A stretch of DNA of 64,000 bases from Centroscyllium fabricii (GCA_051313645.2 JBNRSN020000009.1:104408001-104472000); one strand, 5' to 3'. Shown: positions 37,001 to 50,096, numbered from the stretch's first letter. Notes: generated by a model not told the origin, from the sequence alone. Numbers and translations are program-made.

Positions 37001-38891
37001 AACTGCTGGAGGGTGTACAATTTAAAATTACGGTACACGCACCCCTTGACTGTGAGCGTGACGGAGCAGTAGCCGGTGACGTCCGCGGTGTGGGACTGTG
37101 AAGCAAGGGAGACTTGGTAGTTTGTGGGCAGGACCTGCAGTCCGCAGCGCTGCACTGTATCGGGGTACACAAAGCTCTCCGTGCTTCCAGTGTCAAATAG
37201 GCAGTTGACAGTATGGCCGTTTATCTTGATGGGCATTATAGAGTTAGACAGGGTATGTGGCCTGTCCTGGTTTACTCTGGGTCTGGCTGAAGCAGACGTG
37301 TGCTTTCGTGTGTGTGTGCCCCCTGCTGGTCGGGGCTGTACACAAAATGGCGGCGTCCCTGGCTCTCACATGGTGGGGCCCTGGAGACAAAATGGCAGCG
37401 CCCCTGGCTCGCACATGGTGGGGCCCTGTGGACAAAATGGCAGCGCCGAGGGGTCGCACATGGTGGGCTGTTGGGGGCGAGATGGCGGCGCCCATGGTTC
37501 GCACGCAGCGGGCCGCTGTGAGCGCGCTGGCGGCGCCCGTGGTTCGCACGCAGCGGGCCGCGGTGACTGGGTTGGCGGCGCCCGTGGTTCGCACACAGCG
37601 GGCCGCGGTGGTCGGGTTGGTGGTGCCCGTGATTCGCACGCAGCCGGCCGCATTGGGGGGTCGCGCTTGGCCGGCCTTTGCCGCATCGGGGTGGGAGATG
37701 GGGGCGCTTGTCTTCTACCCCCGGACCGTCGCTGGATCGCGCTGCTGTTGCAGCTAACCTGGTGTCTGTCGATGCTTTCACAGGCTGCGCTGTTGTACCT
37801 GGAGTTGGGCGCTGCTGGAGCTGATCTGCACGCCTTTGCAAAGTGTCCCTTTTTGGCGCACCTCTCGCAGGTCGCTGTCCTCGCTGGGCATCTCGCTCTC
37901 GGGTGCAGTCCCTGGCTGCAGAAGTAGCAGCGTTTGTCTTTAGTGGCTGTCGCAGCCATGGTGGGGGTCTCGACCCGTTGTTGTGCTGCCCAGCCCTGGG
38001 TTTGTTGTGGCGCGGCCCACATGTTGTAGGCCTGCGGGTTAGTGCTGCTGTATGCCTGCAGTTTGTTTCGGGCTCCTTCTACAGAGTTGGCTATCACCAT
38101 CGCGTCCTCGAGGGACAAAGTGTCTTTCTCTAGCAGCCGCTGGCGGGCTTCCACGCACCTTAGGCCGGTCACGTATGCGTCTCGGACGAGGAGATTCGCC
38201 TCCTCCTCTGCTGTCCGTGCTTGGCAGCCACAGACCCGTACCAGGGCCTGGAGCGCCTGCTCGAACTGTTCGTTAGTCTCACCCGGCAGTTGTGATCTGG
38301 TTGCGAGCACATGTCTGGCGTAGACCGAATGGACCGGGCGCTCATAGCACTTCCTTAGTTTTGCCACAGCCGCTGGGTAGGTTGAGGCGTTTCGGATGAG
38401 GGAGAAAACTCTGCTGGAGATCCTCGACCGGAGAACCTGTAGTTTGTTCCCGTCTGTTGTAGCCTTGGCGGCGTCCATGTAGGCCTCCAGGAGGCCGAAC
38501 CAGTGTTCAAACGTGGTGGCGGCAGCAGGGTCCTGGGGACTGATGTCCAGCTTCTCTGGCTTAACTGCACCGCTCTCCATTTTAAACTTTTAGTGATTAA
38601 AATTGACGTATCGTCAATATCCCGAGATTAAAAGACACGACGAGTAGTTACCGTAACTATAGGCTTTTAATCACTAAGATTGGAGCTACTCTCCGAACGA
38701 ACATCTGAACAGGAATGAGGAGCCTTGGCCAGTCTCCACCTATAAGGTCTCACCTGGGGGAGGAGTTAGGGGTGTGGCTGACCTGGCTCCCGACAGTCTT
38801 ACACCGGTATTACAGGGCTGCGTATTACATATACGCAGCCCATTATTGATTACAATAATGCAGTGGTATAACATACAATATGGTTACCACA
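34066..38891 (-). mobile_element. Ty3/Gypsy LTR retrotransposon E5 (Mag-like), full length, defective
   Basis: 288-bp LTRs 38604-38891 (5') and 34066-34353 (3'). TSD GCCCC at 34061-34065 and 38892-38896. Confidence 0.96.
34374..38580 (-). pseudogene. E5 gag-pol
   Basis: ORFs 37366-38580 and 34930-37236 are in frame with one stop between them. Frameshifting deletion near 35015. Confidence 0.93.
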
Positions 38892-39640
38892 GCCCCTTTG
38901 TTCAGGGGAACAGAAGTGCCAGTTTCCCGCGCATGCACAGTGCATGCACGAAACTTGCGCTTTTGTTGGGTCTATGGGGGAGTACTCTGTGCGTACTCAC
39001 CCGTGGAGCCCCGCATTTCTGGGCGATGAGGATGGGATTACAGAGCACTTTGATCTGAATTAAAAGCGGTCTAGGCTGACAAGTCGCTTTTGGACGACTG
39101 AGCAACTAAGTAGCCACAGGTAAGATTTTTACTTTGTTGGTCTGTCTGTTACGAGGTGACTTGCCAACAGATTTTATTCAATTTGGGCCACTGTGTTTGA
39201 CTCTCAACTGCCCTCTGAAAGGGCCGAGCAAGCTACTCAGTTGTCACCACCACCTTTTCAAGGGCAATTAGGGATGGGCAAGAAATGCTGGCCTTGCCAG
39301 CGACGCCCACATCTTGTGAATGAACAATAATTTTTAAAAAACTTCCTGGTTTATTCCCTCCACATGCTATTTTAAACACTTCCATCTCTTCATCCTCACT
39401 GCAGTAAAATTATGAGTCATAACCTAATTTCCAACTCTACTCTATGACATCTGTGGACCACAAAATTCCCACCACCCCCACCTCCCCCATCCTTTCCTTT
39501 ATCATACAACCCTCAGGATTTTAAAACCAATGCTCGACTCCATCTAACATCATCGCAATTATTGTTTTGTCCAGTCTTGGTAATGTCTGCTTTGGATCCT
39601 CCACTAGTTCCCTAGTTTTTAAAAAAAAGCACACAAAGAG

Positions 39641-40227
39641 ATGGAGCTGTACAAAGCGCTGGTAAGGCCACAGCTGGAGTACTGTGTGCAGTTCTGGTCA
39701 TCACACTATAGGAAGGATGTGATTGTTTTGCAGAGGGTGCAGAGGAGATTCACCAGGATGTTCCCTGGGCTGGAGCGCTTCAGCTATGAAGAAAGACTGG
39801 ACAGACTGGGATTGTTTTCCTTGGAGCAGAGAAGGCTGAGGGGGGACCTAATTGAGGTGTACAAAATTATGAGGGGCATAGATAGGGTAGATAGAAAGGA
39901 ACTTTTTCCCTTGGTAGAGGGGTCAATAACCAGGGAGCATAGTTTCAAGGTAAGGGGCAGGAGGTTTAGAGGGGATTTGAGGAGGAACTTTTTCACCCAG
40001 AGGGTGGTTGGAATCTGGAACTCACTGCCTGAAAGGGTGGTAGAGGCAGGAACACTCACAACATTCAAGAAGCATTTGGATGAGCACTTGAAACGCCATA
40101 ACATACAAGGCTACGGACCAAGTGCTGGAAAATGGGATTAGAATAGACAGGGCTTGATGGCCGGCGGGGACACGATGGGCTGAAGGGCTTGTTTCTGTGC
40201 TGTAGAACTCTACGATTCTATGATTCT
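39641..40227 (+). mobile_element. CR1 LINE 3' fragment
   Basis: ORF 39641-40141 (LYKALVRPQLEYCVQFW...GKWD) and a (ATTCTATG)n tail. Confidence 0.92.
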
Positions 40228-42073
40228 AAATCCATATCGGCAGATTTAGTGAAGTTGTCTCATTTATGTTAATGGTTCTCTGTAAGCTTAGTCAATGTAT
40301 TTTTGTTTGGTTTGTGTGTGAATGTGATGTTGCAAATGTTCAATCAAATGGCATCACTTTTCCCCTTATTTTGAGTGGGCTGATGGGATGGATATGTTAG
40401 GCCTAATCTCCAAGACCGCACTGCGCTGTGGGAAATATATTATGAAAGGATGGTTGTCATGAGCAAAACAGGGCAGAGGCAGTCAGTGATTGTTTTGCTC
40501 AGAGCTGTCTCTGGCGTGAATCCTATTAAGTGTGGCATCACATTTCAATGCAGAGAATGTGGTAAATTCACGGTATCAGTTGGACATTACATTTAGCCAC
40601 ATGGTTGGTATGCAATTCTCAGGTATGCTGACATTTTACCTGTTTACTACCCTGATACATTAAAAATACAAGCTACCATATATAACATAAAAGAAAGATT
40701 TACTCTGTGCGATACATATTGCTAAGGAGTGCATTTATGGTTTTGCGACACATAGCGGAGAGGAAATCTTTTCCCAGAATAAGTAAATTGTCAACAAAAT
40801 GATAAGTCCTTTGCTAAGTGTGCTAAATATTCCACTGTAATAGTGATCTGTGATTTTCTCACGAGAAATAAATACCAGCGATAAATAAAACCAGTAAGGA
40901 ATTTATTTTTGAAATAATGATATTGTCTTAAAATGTTTGTTGACATTAATTAGGAATTAAAATTGCAAAAGATCTCTTAGAAGAAAAACCACAAAAACTA
41001 AAGAATCCATCAACATTGTTCATTAATTAGACTTTTTGCTAAACATGTTGTACAATCCTTTCTAAATTCTGCTTTAATTGAAGTGAACATCTGTCTGCTG
41101 GGCCAGTAACACTGCTGTCTTTGTGCTGATTTGAAGCAGTGTAAGACATGCATCAATGCAAACCTCACCAGTCAGGTTGGCTATCTGACTGCGGACTGCA
41201 CTAATGCCAGTGTCCACTCTCGGAGTAATCTCAGCCATTGGGGTTTAATTCCAGTGTGAAGCCAAGATTTAAATGTTCTAAAAGGCATTGAAACTTTTCA
41301 GCCTTAATTTGGAATGTTTTAGTATTGGCAGAGGGTCCACACTGTTTCCGACATTGAAGCTCAACCATCACAAGCTCTATGGTACCGAGAAAGGTCATTG
41401 GGAGATTGAAGAACAATTCAAATCTTCCCAATCCAGCATTGAGCAATAACATTCTGAGACCGGTGCCTGCAATAAAACTGCCCCTTGAGGACTTTATAAC
41501 CACTATCAGTGCAGTCGAGTTTACCTGACCCAGGAAAGGAGAATCCCAATAGATCAAACTAAACTCATTTAGTCCAATATTATGGAATTACTAATTGAGT
41601 CATTATATTTAAATACAATATTCTTATCCAAGTGCAAAGTGTTCCTTGATTAGCTAGGACTTAACAGTTAAAACAATAACCACAGTCAGCTCTTAAATAA
41701 CACCTCAGGGGAGCATTTTAAAAGTCAAATTGTTTTGTAAAATTAGATTTTGTTAAGTGTTGTGATTTATTTGGGTTCAATTTCTGAATGAATGACAAAG
41801 TAGACTGGTGGAGCAAATACTTGTCAGCCGCAAGCTTTATCTGCAGTTTGTATAGAAACCCTGAACCAAGCATGAAATATCTCAATATCATTGTTGAAAT
41901 TTAGAATTTGCAGGATTAGGTTATAAGAAAAATCAGCAATGAGAAATGGTAATTTCGCTCATCGAAGATTGCCCAACTAATTCCTGCAGAGGATTATCAT
42001 TTAAATAATATTGCCTTTTACATTAATAAAGAATCTAATAACCTCACCACTCCGAATTTAAGGAACAGATAAG

Positions 42074-43223
42074 AAAGAAAGAATGTGCATGTATCCAGCA
42101 CCTTTCATGACCTCAGGACATCCCAAAGTGCTTCATAGCCAATTAATTACTTTTGAAGCGCAGTTACTATTATAATGTCGGAAACATGGCAGCAAGGTCC
42201 TACAAATAGCAATGAGAGAATACCAGATCATTTGCTTTAGGTGCGAAATAAGGGATAGATATTGCTGGATGCCGGGAAAGCACCCCTGCTCTTCTTTGAA
42301 TAGTGCCGTGGAATCTTTTATGCCCACCCGAGACGGCAGATAGGGCCTCGTTTTAATGGCCCAGAAATTCGGGTCTCCACGGGTGAGTACGCGCTGGGTA
42401 CTCACCCGTAGGCCCATCCAAAGTGGCAGAAGGGTTCAGAGGTCAGAACGCGTGCACGGGAGTGGCAGCGCGTGCGCACTGCACTTCAGCTTTTTTTTTT
42501 AAAACAGGTTTTTCATTCTGGGTAAGTCTGAATATTTTAGAAATGTAAAAAGCAGTTGTAAGGCCTGCTTTTAACAAGGTAAGTGGTGAATTAATTCAAA
42601 TTGAAACATTTTTTTCCACAAGTTTATTATTTTTACATACTTTAAAGAAAGGGAAGTTTATTTCAAGCCCCGTTGGAAAAAAATCAATTTTTTCAAAAAT
42701 TTAAATTATTGTTTAAAATAGTTATTTAATGTAATTTATAGTTATTTTAAAAAATGTGATGTTTTTTAAAGATTTATTTGAAGATTTAGTGATGTTTTGG
42801 GGCTTGTAGTTTTCATACTTATGACAGCTCGTCCTGTCAAACTTATGAATGGAGCATTCTGTGCTCCGATTGGCTCTCCATGGCCCACGTGATCCATCGC
42901 ACTATCTTCGCTGCTGGGATACGCGAGCACAGCGCGCCGTCAGTTGAAGCAGGCCCCGCATCGTAATTCCATGCAGGCCCACAGCTCAATGGCCAGCGCG
43001 CAAGGTAAGTGCAGGTTGGAGGCTTACACACGCGGGAAGCCTCCGACCCGAATTTCTGGGCCATTATCTCGTCCAAAAGACGGCACCTCCAACAGTGTAG
43101 CACTCCTGCAGTACTGCAGTGAAGTGTTAGCTGAGATTATGTGCTCAGGTCTCTGGAGTGGGACTTGAACCCACAACCTTCCGACTCAGATGCAAGAGTG
43201 CTACCACTGAACAAAGGCTGACA
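42074..43223 (-). mobile_element. Deu-domain SINE (SacSINE/AmnSINE-like), interrupted by H3
   Basis: tRNA head at ~43160-43223, Deu-like core (CCTGCTCTTCTTTGAATAGTGCCGTGG, AAAGACGGCACCTCC), L2-type tail at ~42080-42140. Confidence 0.7.
42358..43062. mobile_element. Family H3 non-autonomous DNA transposon, complete
   Basis: Perfect 18-bp TIR GGCCCAGAAATTCGGGTC. Flanks AAT and ATT. Confidence 0.85.
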
Positions 43224-43862
43224 TGAATATGATTATTAATGAGGTAAATGGCACATTATAAATATATTATGAGTTGAATGCTTATATTCACAAAAGTAGA
43301 ATTAATGCCTTTTATTGGGAAGGGGTTATCAGGTTAGAAAAAGTAATTCTTTAGAAATTGAATTATCACAGCCTGGTATGTGCAGAACACACTTCATTAA
43401 ACAAGGTTACGAATGTATTCAGTGACAGTAGGATTTCAAATTAAAGCCCTGCACGATGATGTATTAAAAGCTGTGCACTATTAAAGTGTGATCATGTAAT
43501 ATACATGTACAATTCTCTTAACTTTGGTATTTAGTATTAGTTCTTTATGCTATTTGCTCAAAATAACAGTCTAAACTAACTTGTGGAAGGGAAGATTGTC
43601 ACTTGCTGAAAGTTAAAATGTTTGCAATATAACTGCCAGAAATATGCCAATTTAAACAAGTTTTATATTGAGATTTTAAGAACATTAGAACATAAGAAAT
43701 AGGAGCAGGAGTTATCCAGACTGCCTCTCGAGCCTGCTCCGCCATTCAAAATGATCATGGCTGACTTTTGACCTCCACTCCACTTTCCCAGCCAATCCCC
43801 ATATTCCTCAATTCCCTTAAGAGTTCAAAAATCTATCGATCTCAACCTTGAATATACTCAAT

Positions 43863-44745
43863 GGGGGGCATTTTTTAAAAAAAGGTGTGGGAAGCTGTCG
43901 GGTTTTGGGTGGGTCAGCTTTCTGTCCCATCCGCCCAGGACCTGGGAGGCCCGAATGATTTTGGCTCAAGTGGCTAATTAAATCCCCGCTGGTCTGCTGG
44001 GCTTCCAATACACACTATTGGGCAGGAACTCGGGCCTTTTCATTCACAGTTTGAGTGGGGCAGGCTGTTGATTGACATCCCTGAATAGTAAGAAACCACT
44101 AAGCTTGATTGACAGTGCTCAAGTGGTTCCTTTGTTTCCATGTTGACACAGCCTTTGAAATGTCAGAGTCTGAAAGGGAATACTAAAACCACAAAACAAA
44201 CAGTTGAAGTGAGTCACTGTTTGTTTGTGGTTTCAATGGAATGTAAACAGAAACTGATCCCCTGGGTGATTGACAGCTTGGCTCACAGACAGCACAGCAT
44301 GCCGATCTCTATATGAATAGCAGGGATTTAAAGGTGAGTGATTTCTATGTTTTGGGGCTCTGAAGTTTTTCACTCTTGGGTGGCAACTGCACCTCCAGCA
44401 TTGTGGAGGCTAGCAAGCTGCTGTGTGGGTGCTGTGCCTATGCCTTGAAGGTGGCAGACACCCAGCCGACTGGATGCCCACCACCTTTCACCAGCAGGGT
44501 TCCCACAAGGCGGGTTTTGGGTGGGAAGAGGACTAAATTGGCTGAGGGCCCTTAAAATAGGATTACCCATCCAATTAAGGGCCCTCAACGAGCTCATTCT
44601 GCATCCCCGCTGGCGGGAAACATTCGGGGCGGCAAAATCCGCCCGAGGAAAATCGCAAATGGGTGGCTTCCCGCCCGCCGGAATTGCGATTTTACCCCCC
44701 ACCCCGCCGGAAACCCAACCTCACGGCCCTCTGAAAATCCCCCCC
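43863..44745. mobile_element. GG-terminal non-autonomous DNA transposon (family H4)
   Basis: GGGGGGCATTTT...AAAATCCCCCCC, interrupting CR1. Paralogue at 56909-58523. Confidence 0.7.
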
Positions 44746-45177
44746 ATTGACTAAGCATCCACAGCCTTCTGGGGTAGAGAATTATAAAGATTCACAACCC
44801 TGAGTGAAGAAATTTCTCATCTCAGTCCTAAACGGCCGACCCCTTATCCTGAGATTATGCCCTCTAGTTCTAGACTCTCCAGCCAGGGGAAACAACCTCT
44901 CAGCATCTACCCTATCAAGCCCTCTCATTAGATCACCTCTCATTCTTCTATTCTCTGGGGAGTATCAGCACATTCAACTTAATCTTTCCTCATAGGACAA
45001 CCCTCTCATCTCAGGAATCAATCTAGTGAACCATCATTGCACCGCTTCTAAGGCAAGTATCCTTCCTTTGGTACAGAGACCAAAACTGTACACAGTACTC
45101 CAGGTGTGGGCTCATCAAAGCCCTGTACAATTGTAGCAAGACTCTCTTACTCTTGTACTCCAACCTCCTGCAATAAA

Positions 45178-46082
45178 GTTCAAGTTCAAGTTTATTGTCA
45201 CATGTACAAAATACAATCTAGACAGTGAAATGCTTACTGCTATCCGAATGCACCGCACAACAACGATATTAAGCTGCCCGGCACGCACGAGCCCGCAAGA
45301 CGTCAGCCATTCTCCGGCGCCATCATCGTGGGTCCCGTTCCTGCTCTGGCTACTCAGTTCGATGTTAATTGTCCTCTACCGCTCCGTTAACTTGCTCTGC
45401 TGCTGTTTCTTCCGTTGTTTTTGCGACTTGACTCGTTTCGGCCCGACACCATGCCGGCTCCCCCGAATCCACGTTCCAGGTGCCATCGCAGCTCCCCTGT
45501 GCTCTAATCTCCGGGCCTGAGGCCTGGGACCTAGTCCAGCACCCTCCGGCTCCCCCGAACTCCGGGCCTAAGGCCTGGGGCCTAGCCCAGCACCCTCCAG
45601 CTCCCCCGAACTCCGAACTCTGGGCCTGAGGCCTGGGGCCTGGCCCAGCACCCTCCGGCTCCCCGAACTTCGGGCCTGAGGCCTGGGGCCTAGCCCAGCA
45701 CCCTCCGGCTCCCCGAACTCCGGGCCTGAAGCCTAGCCCAGCCCCCTCCGGCTCCCCGAACTCCGGGCCTGAGGCCTAGCCCAGCCCCCTCCGGCTCCCC
45801 GAACTCCGGGCCTGAGGCCTAGCCCAGCCCCCTCCGGCTCCCCCGAGCTCCGAACCTGAGGCCTGGGGCCTAGCGCCTGGCCCGGCGCCATCCTGGATCT
45901 CCCCGAGTCCTCCGAGCTCCCCGCTCCTCCGACAGCCGATCGGCGCCCCGCATCTTACCGCCTTACCGGGCTCCGTCCCGGTGTTGCTGGTGGCGGATGG
46001 CGGCCGATTTCAGCAATTAATTTGAGCCTCGAGATGCAGCCGCCATGAATGGCGGCTGCTCCAACTGGAACCGGAACTCTCT
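45178..46082 (-). mobile_element. Non-coding retroposon-like insert with a (TTGAAC)n tail and GC-rich minisatellite
   Basis: Interrupts CR1. Minus-strand 3' end AATAAACTTGAACTTGAAC. Confidence 0.55.
45511..45875. repeat. Minisatellite with ~41-50-bp units
   Basis: About 8 units of CTCCGGGCCTGAGGCCTGGGGCCTAGCCCAGCACCCTCCGGCTCCCCCGAA and shorter variants. Confidence 0.9.
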
Positions 46083-46997
46083 GGTCAACATTCCATTTAC
46101 TTTCCTAATTGCTTGCTATACCTGCATGTTAACTTTCTGTGTTTCATGTACAACGGCACTTAAATCCCTCTGAACATTTAATAGTTTCTCACCATTTAAA
46201 AATTATTGCAATTTTGGAGGTACAAATTGCAGCGCATATGCTCTGCCCATTTGCACTGGTTGATGAACGTTTAACCAGCAATCGTTAAAGGGACCTCTGT
46301 AGGCTGCTAACAAAATGGCCCAGGAAATATGTGAAAAACTGCCCAGGTATGGCCTGTCCACAAAGAGGTCAAACCCAAACCAGCCAATTACTGCCCAAAC
46401 TGCCTGCTCTCAATCATCAGCAAAGTGATGGAAGGAGGCAGGAACTGTGCAATCAAGTGGCACTTACTCATCTATAAATTGTTCACTGATGCTAACTTTG
46501 GGTTCTGCCAGGACCACTTGGCTCCAGATCTTATTACAGCCTTGGTCCAAACAAGGATACAATAGCTAAATTCCAGAGGTGAGGTGAGAGTAACTGCCCT
46601 TATCATGAAGGCAGCATTCATCCGAGTATGGCACGAAGGGGCCTCAGTCAAACAAAAGTCAATCGGGATTGGGAGAAAACTCTCCAGTGGCTGGAGTTAT
46701 ACCTGGCATAAAGGAAGATGGTTTTTGTTGTTGGAGGCCAATCAACTCACTGCAGGAGTTCCTCAGGGCAGTGTCCTAGTCCCAACTATCTTCAGACTTA
46801 AAAAAAAAAATCAATGACCTTCCCTCCATCTTCAGGTCAAAAGTACGGCTGCTCACTGATGATTGCAGAGTGTTCAGAGCCATTTACAATTCCTCATATA
46901 ACGAAGCCCCAATGCAATAAGACCTGGACCACATCCAGGCTTGCGCTGATAAGCAGCAAGTAACATTTGCGCTTCACAAGTGCTATGCAATGACCAT

Positions 46998-48951
46998 GGC
47001 CCTGAATTTCTGAATGCCTCTGATCTGAAAAAAAATAATCTACGAACCTACCTGCTAATTCCATAGATCCAGAGGCTTCCACTCCTGGGCCTCTCCTGGT
47101 CCACGCGGGCAGGGGCCCAGGTATCCCAGGGGCGCAGGCGGATCGCAAGTTGCCCTGGGATCACATGGGCCATGGGGAACCAATCAAAGAAGGGAATTCC
47201 CCTTCACAATTTTGAAGGTCTATCGGGACAGAACTGTCAAAAGTATGAATGGCGATCACATTTAAAAACACACTAAAACATTAAATAATGTTTTTAATTA
47301 CATTATTAAAATTCTATTTAATTAAATATTTTAAATAAAAATTTCATTTATTTTGAAAAAAAATTAAATGTTTTTACGAGGCTAAAAATAAATGTACCTT
47401 TTTGAAGAGTATTTTAAATTTATAAATGAGTTATCAAATTTAATTTTTCTATTTTTCAACACTTCTCACTCTACTGATTTTACCAGGTCTAAGGATTTGA
47501 CAGACCTTCAGCGGGCAGAAGTTGTGCAAAAAGTGCAACTCTCCACCCGCAGAGGCACTTTTCCCGAGCAGGCGGATGATGCTCCAGAACCGCAGATTCT
47601 ACGTCGAATTAGGCGGAAAACGTAGCAGATGGTGCAACCAGAAGAATGGCCTCCCACAAGGCAGCGTGCTTGCCCCACTTCAGTACAACATCTATACAAA
47701 CGACCAACCCAGAGATGATGTCACCCGTCGTTTTGCATATGCAGATGACCTGTGCATCACCGCCCAAGGAACAGACTTCATTAGTATTGAGGAAACGCTC
47801 AACGACGCCCTCTCAGGATTAACAACCTACTATGAAGAGAACCATCTACGTGCCAACCCAGCAAAAACACAAGTATGCGCTTTTCACCTGAGAAACAAGG
47901 AAGCTAAGCGCCAACTGAATGTGTCTTGGTGTGGAATACCACTGTCACACTCTGAGCACCCTGTCTACCTCGGAGTCACACTCGACAGATGCCTTACATT
48001 CAAAACCCACATCATGAAGACAAAGGCAAAAGTGAGCACCCGCAACAACATCCTGCGCAAACTCGCCAACACCAGATGGGGTGCATGTCCCAAGACACTA
48101 CGTGCCACTGCCCTTGCCCTCAGCTTCTCTACTGCAGAATATGCCAGCCCAGCGTGGGAAAGATCCACCCATGCTAAAAAACTGGACCCCGCTCTTAACG
48201 AGAGCTGCAGATGTATCACTGGGTGCCTGAAGCCCACTAACACCAACGACCTGTACATCCTGGCAGGTATCGCCCCTCCAGACATCAGAAGAGCGGTAGC
48301 CAGCAGGACAGAGCGGCGCAGGCAAACCACAGATGAGAGGCACCCCCTACATGGCCATGTACCTGCCCCCAGCCGACTAAAATCACGGAGAAGTTTCCTG
48401 ACCAGCACTGCTCCACTGGAGACAACACCATCTGAAGCCCGCCTTAAAATGTGGAAGGAAAAGCTGTCCAAACACCCACACAGCTCGACTATGCTCATCC
48501 CCCCTGCCGAAACCCTCCCACCAGGAGATAACAACTGGGCAAAATGGAAGTGCTTGAACCGACTCCGCTCAGGTGTTGGCCGTTCCAGGGAAGCCCTAAG
48601 CAGATGGGGTTATCTTAGTGGCCCAACCACATGTGACTGTGGCACAGAACCCCAGACCATGGAGCACCTCCTTCGATGTCCTCTGTTAGGTGGACCCTGC
48701 ACAGCAAAGGACCTAGCACTCTACAACATCAAGGGACAGCAATGTACCAAGCACTGGTTGGACGTTATATAAGCTGAATAGCTTTGTATATGGACACGAA
48801 GAAGAAGAATCTATCAAGAGAATTCTTGACAGATCGCAAGGGCTGGGTAGTAGTGCATGCTCTTCGCATTTTCTGAAACCGGCACTTGCGAGGCCCCTAC
48901 GGGGGCCTACACACCTTGTACACACCCTTGGGGGTCAGAAAATCCGGCCCC
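46998..48951. mobile_element. GG-terminal non-autonomous DNA element hosting the RTE-X insertion
   Basis: GGCCCTGAATTT...AAAATCCGGCCCC, interrupting the LINE at GACCAT|ATTTC. Confidence 0.5.
47577..48809 (+). mobile_element. RTE-X-like LINE, 5'-truncated, open RT C-terminal ORF ending at 48772
   Basis: QKNGLPQGSVLAP, FAYADDL, C-terminal CDCG..QTMEHLLRCP, short 3' UTR and (GAA)4 tail at 48798-48809. Confidence 0.88.
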
Positions 48952-49702
48952 ATTTCTGACAAGAAAGAGTTCACTGGAGCAGCTTCTGCAGCAGGTCAGG
49001 ATCTGTGACAAGCTTAAACACCCAGTGCCCTCACCATCTTCATACTGCAGCCACAGAGTGGATTATCTACAGGATGCGCTGCAGCAAGTCAACAAGGCTT
49101 CTACGGGAACACCTCCAAAACCTGCAACCATCATCAGCAAGAAGGGCAAAGGCAGCATGGGAACACCATCACCTCCAAGTTCCCAAGTTACATAAGTTGC
49201 ACACTATCCTGACTTGGCCATATATTGCTGTTCCGTCATCATGGCTGGTCAAAATCCTGGTATTCCCTACCCAACAGCATTGTGGGAGTACCTTCACCAT
49301 GCAGGCTGCAGCAGACTGGTGGGAACGTGGTGCTAAGTGCAACGGGTTAAGGTGGCAGTACAATGGCACCTTCTCAATGGCAACTAGAGACTGACCAAAG
49401 TACAGACAAAAACGCAAAACCCTGACTGAAGTTTAAAAGAAGCACTCCGCCAGTAGTCACAATCTACGCTCAGATGTAATCATATTAATGCACTGTGTAG
49501 ATTTAGTCTTACCTCTTTTGATTTAAATGTCTTCGTTGTTTATCTTCATGTTGTGTTCATAATCAATACTGGCATATCAATACCATTTCTCAATCCTCTA
49601 ACCATACAGTTAGTTTCCTTTGGACAGCTGGCCTTCCTATATTATTCTGCATCAATCCCATGTTGAGCTATTCTACTTAGCATCCGCTATCTACATCACG
49701 GT

Positions 49703-50096
49703 GGGCAGCACGGTGGCACAGTGGTTGGCATTGTTGTCTCACAGCACTGGAGACCCGGGTTCAAATCCAGCCTCGGGTACTATCTGTGTGGAGTTTGCAC
49801 ATTCTCCCCGTGTCTGCGTGGGTTTCCTCCGGGTGCTCCGGTTTCCTCCCACAGTCCAAAGATGTGCGGGTTAGTTTGATTGGCCAGGATAAATTGACCC
49901 TCAGTGTTAGGGAGATTGAATATGTGGGGTTACGGGGATAGGGTGGGATATGTGTCGATATAGGGATCGAGGGATATGGGGAGAGGGCAGGGGCGGGGTG
50001 CTGGGTTTGGATGATCAGCCATGATCTCATTGAATGGCGGAGCAGGCTCGAAGGGCCGAATGGCCTACTCCTGCTCCTAGTTTCTATGTTTCTATA
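49703..50096 (+). mobile_element. HE1-type V-SINE
   Basis: Highly similar to 6134-6534; (TTTCTATG)n tail. Confidence 0.88.

Larger units (their letters stand above)
32901..39025. mobile_element. GGCCC-terminal non-autonomous DNA transposon (family H3) hosting a MITE and E5
   Basis: GGCCCAGAAATT...ATTTCTGGGCG. Reverse-orientation homologue of 42358-43062. Confidence 0.7.
43677..46200 (-). mobile_element. CR1 LINE 3' fragment carrying two insertions
   Basis: Similar to 2041-2800 and broken at 43863-44745 and 45178-46082. Confidence 0.8.
46350..49395 (+). mobile_element. Degraded CR1-group LINE (second lineage), interrupted by the element at 46998-48951
   Basis: AGVPQGSVL at ~46752. 49040-49395 is homologous to the reverse complement of 57337-57700. 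Confidence 0.65.

Noticed and set aside
7262-38570. Many antisense and alternate-frame ORFs over E1-E5 (e.g. 7262-8167, 20636-21646, 37124-37927)
   Set aside because: Shadows of GC-rich gag-pol and its 45-bp repeat. They recur only because the elements are paralogous.
41231-41557. 108-aa ORF in non-repetitive DNA as a possible host exon
   Set aside because: No recognisable domain or convincing splice pair. It cannot be excluded without RNA-seq or homology search.
45511-45875. Regular repeats as a possible CRISPR array
   Set aside because: Head-to-tail minisatellite with no unique spacers, in eukaryotic context with no cas genes.
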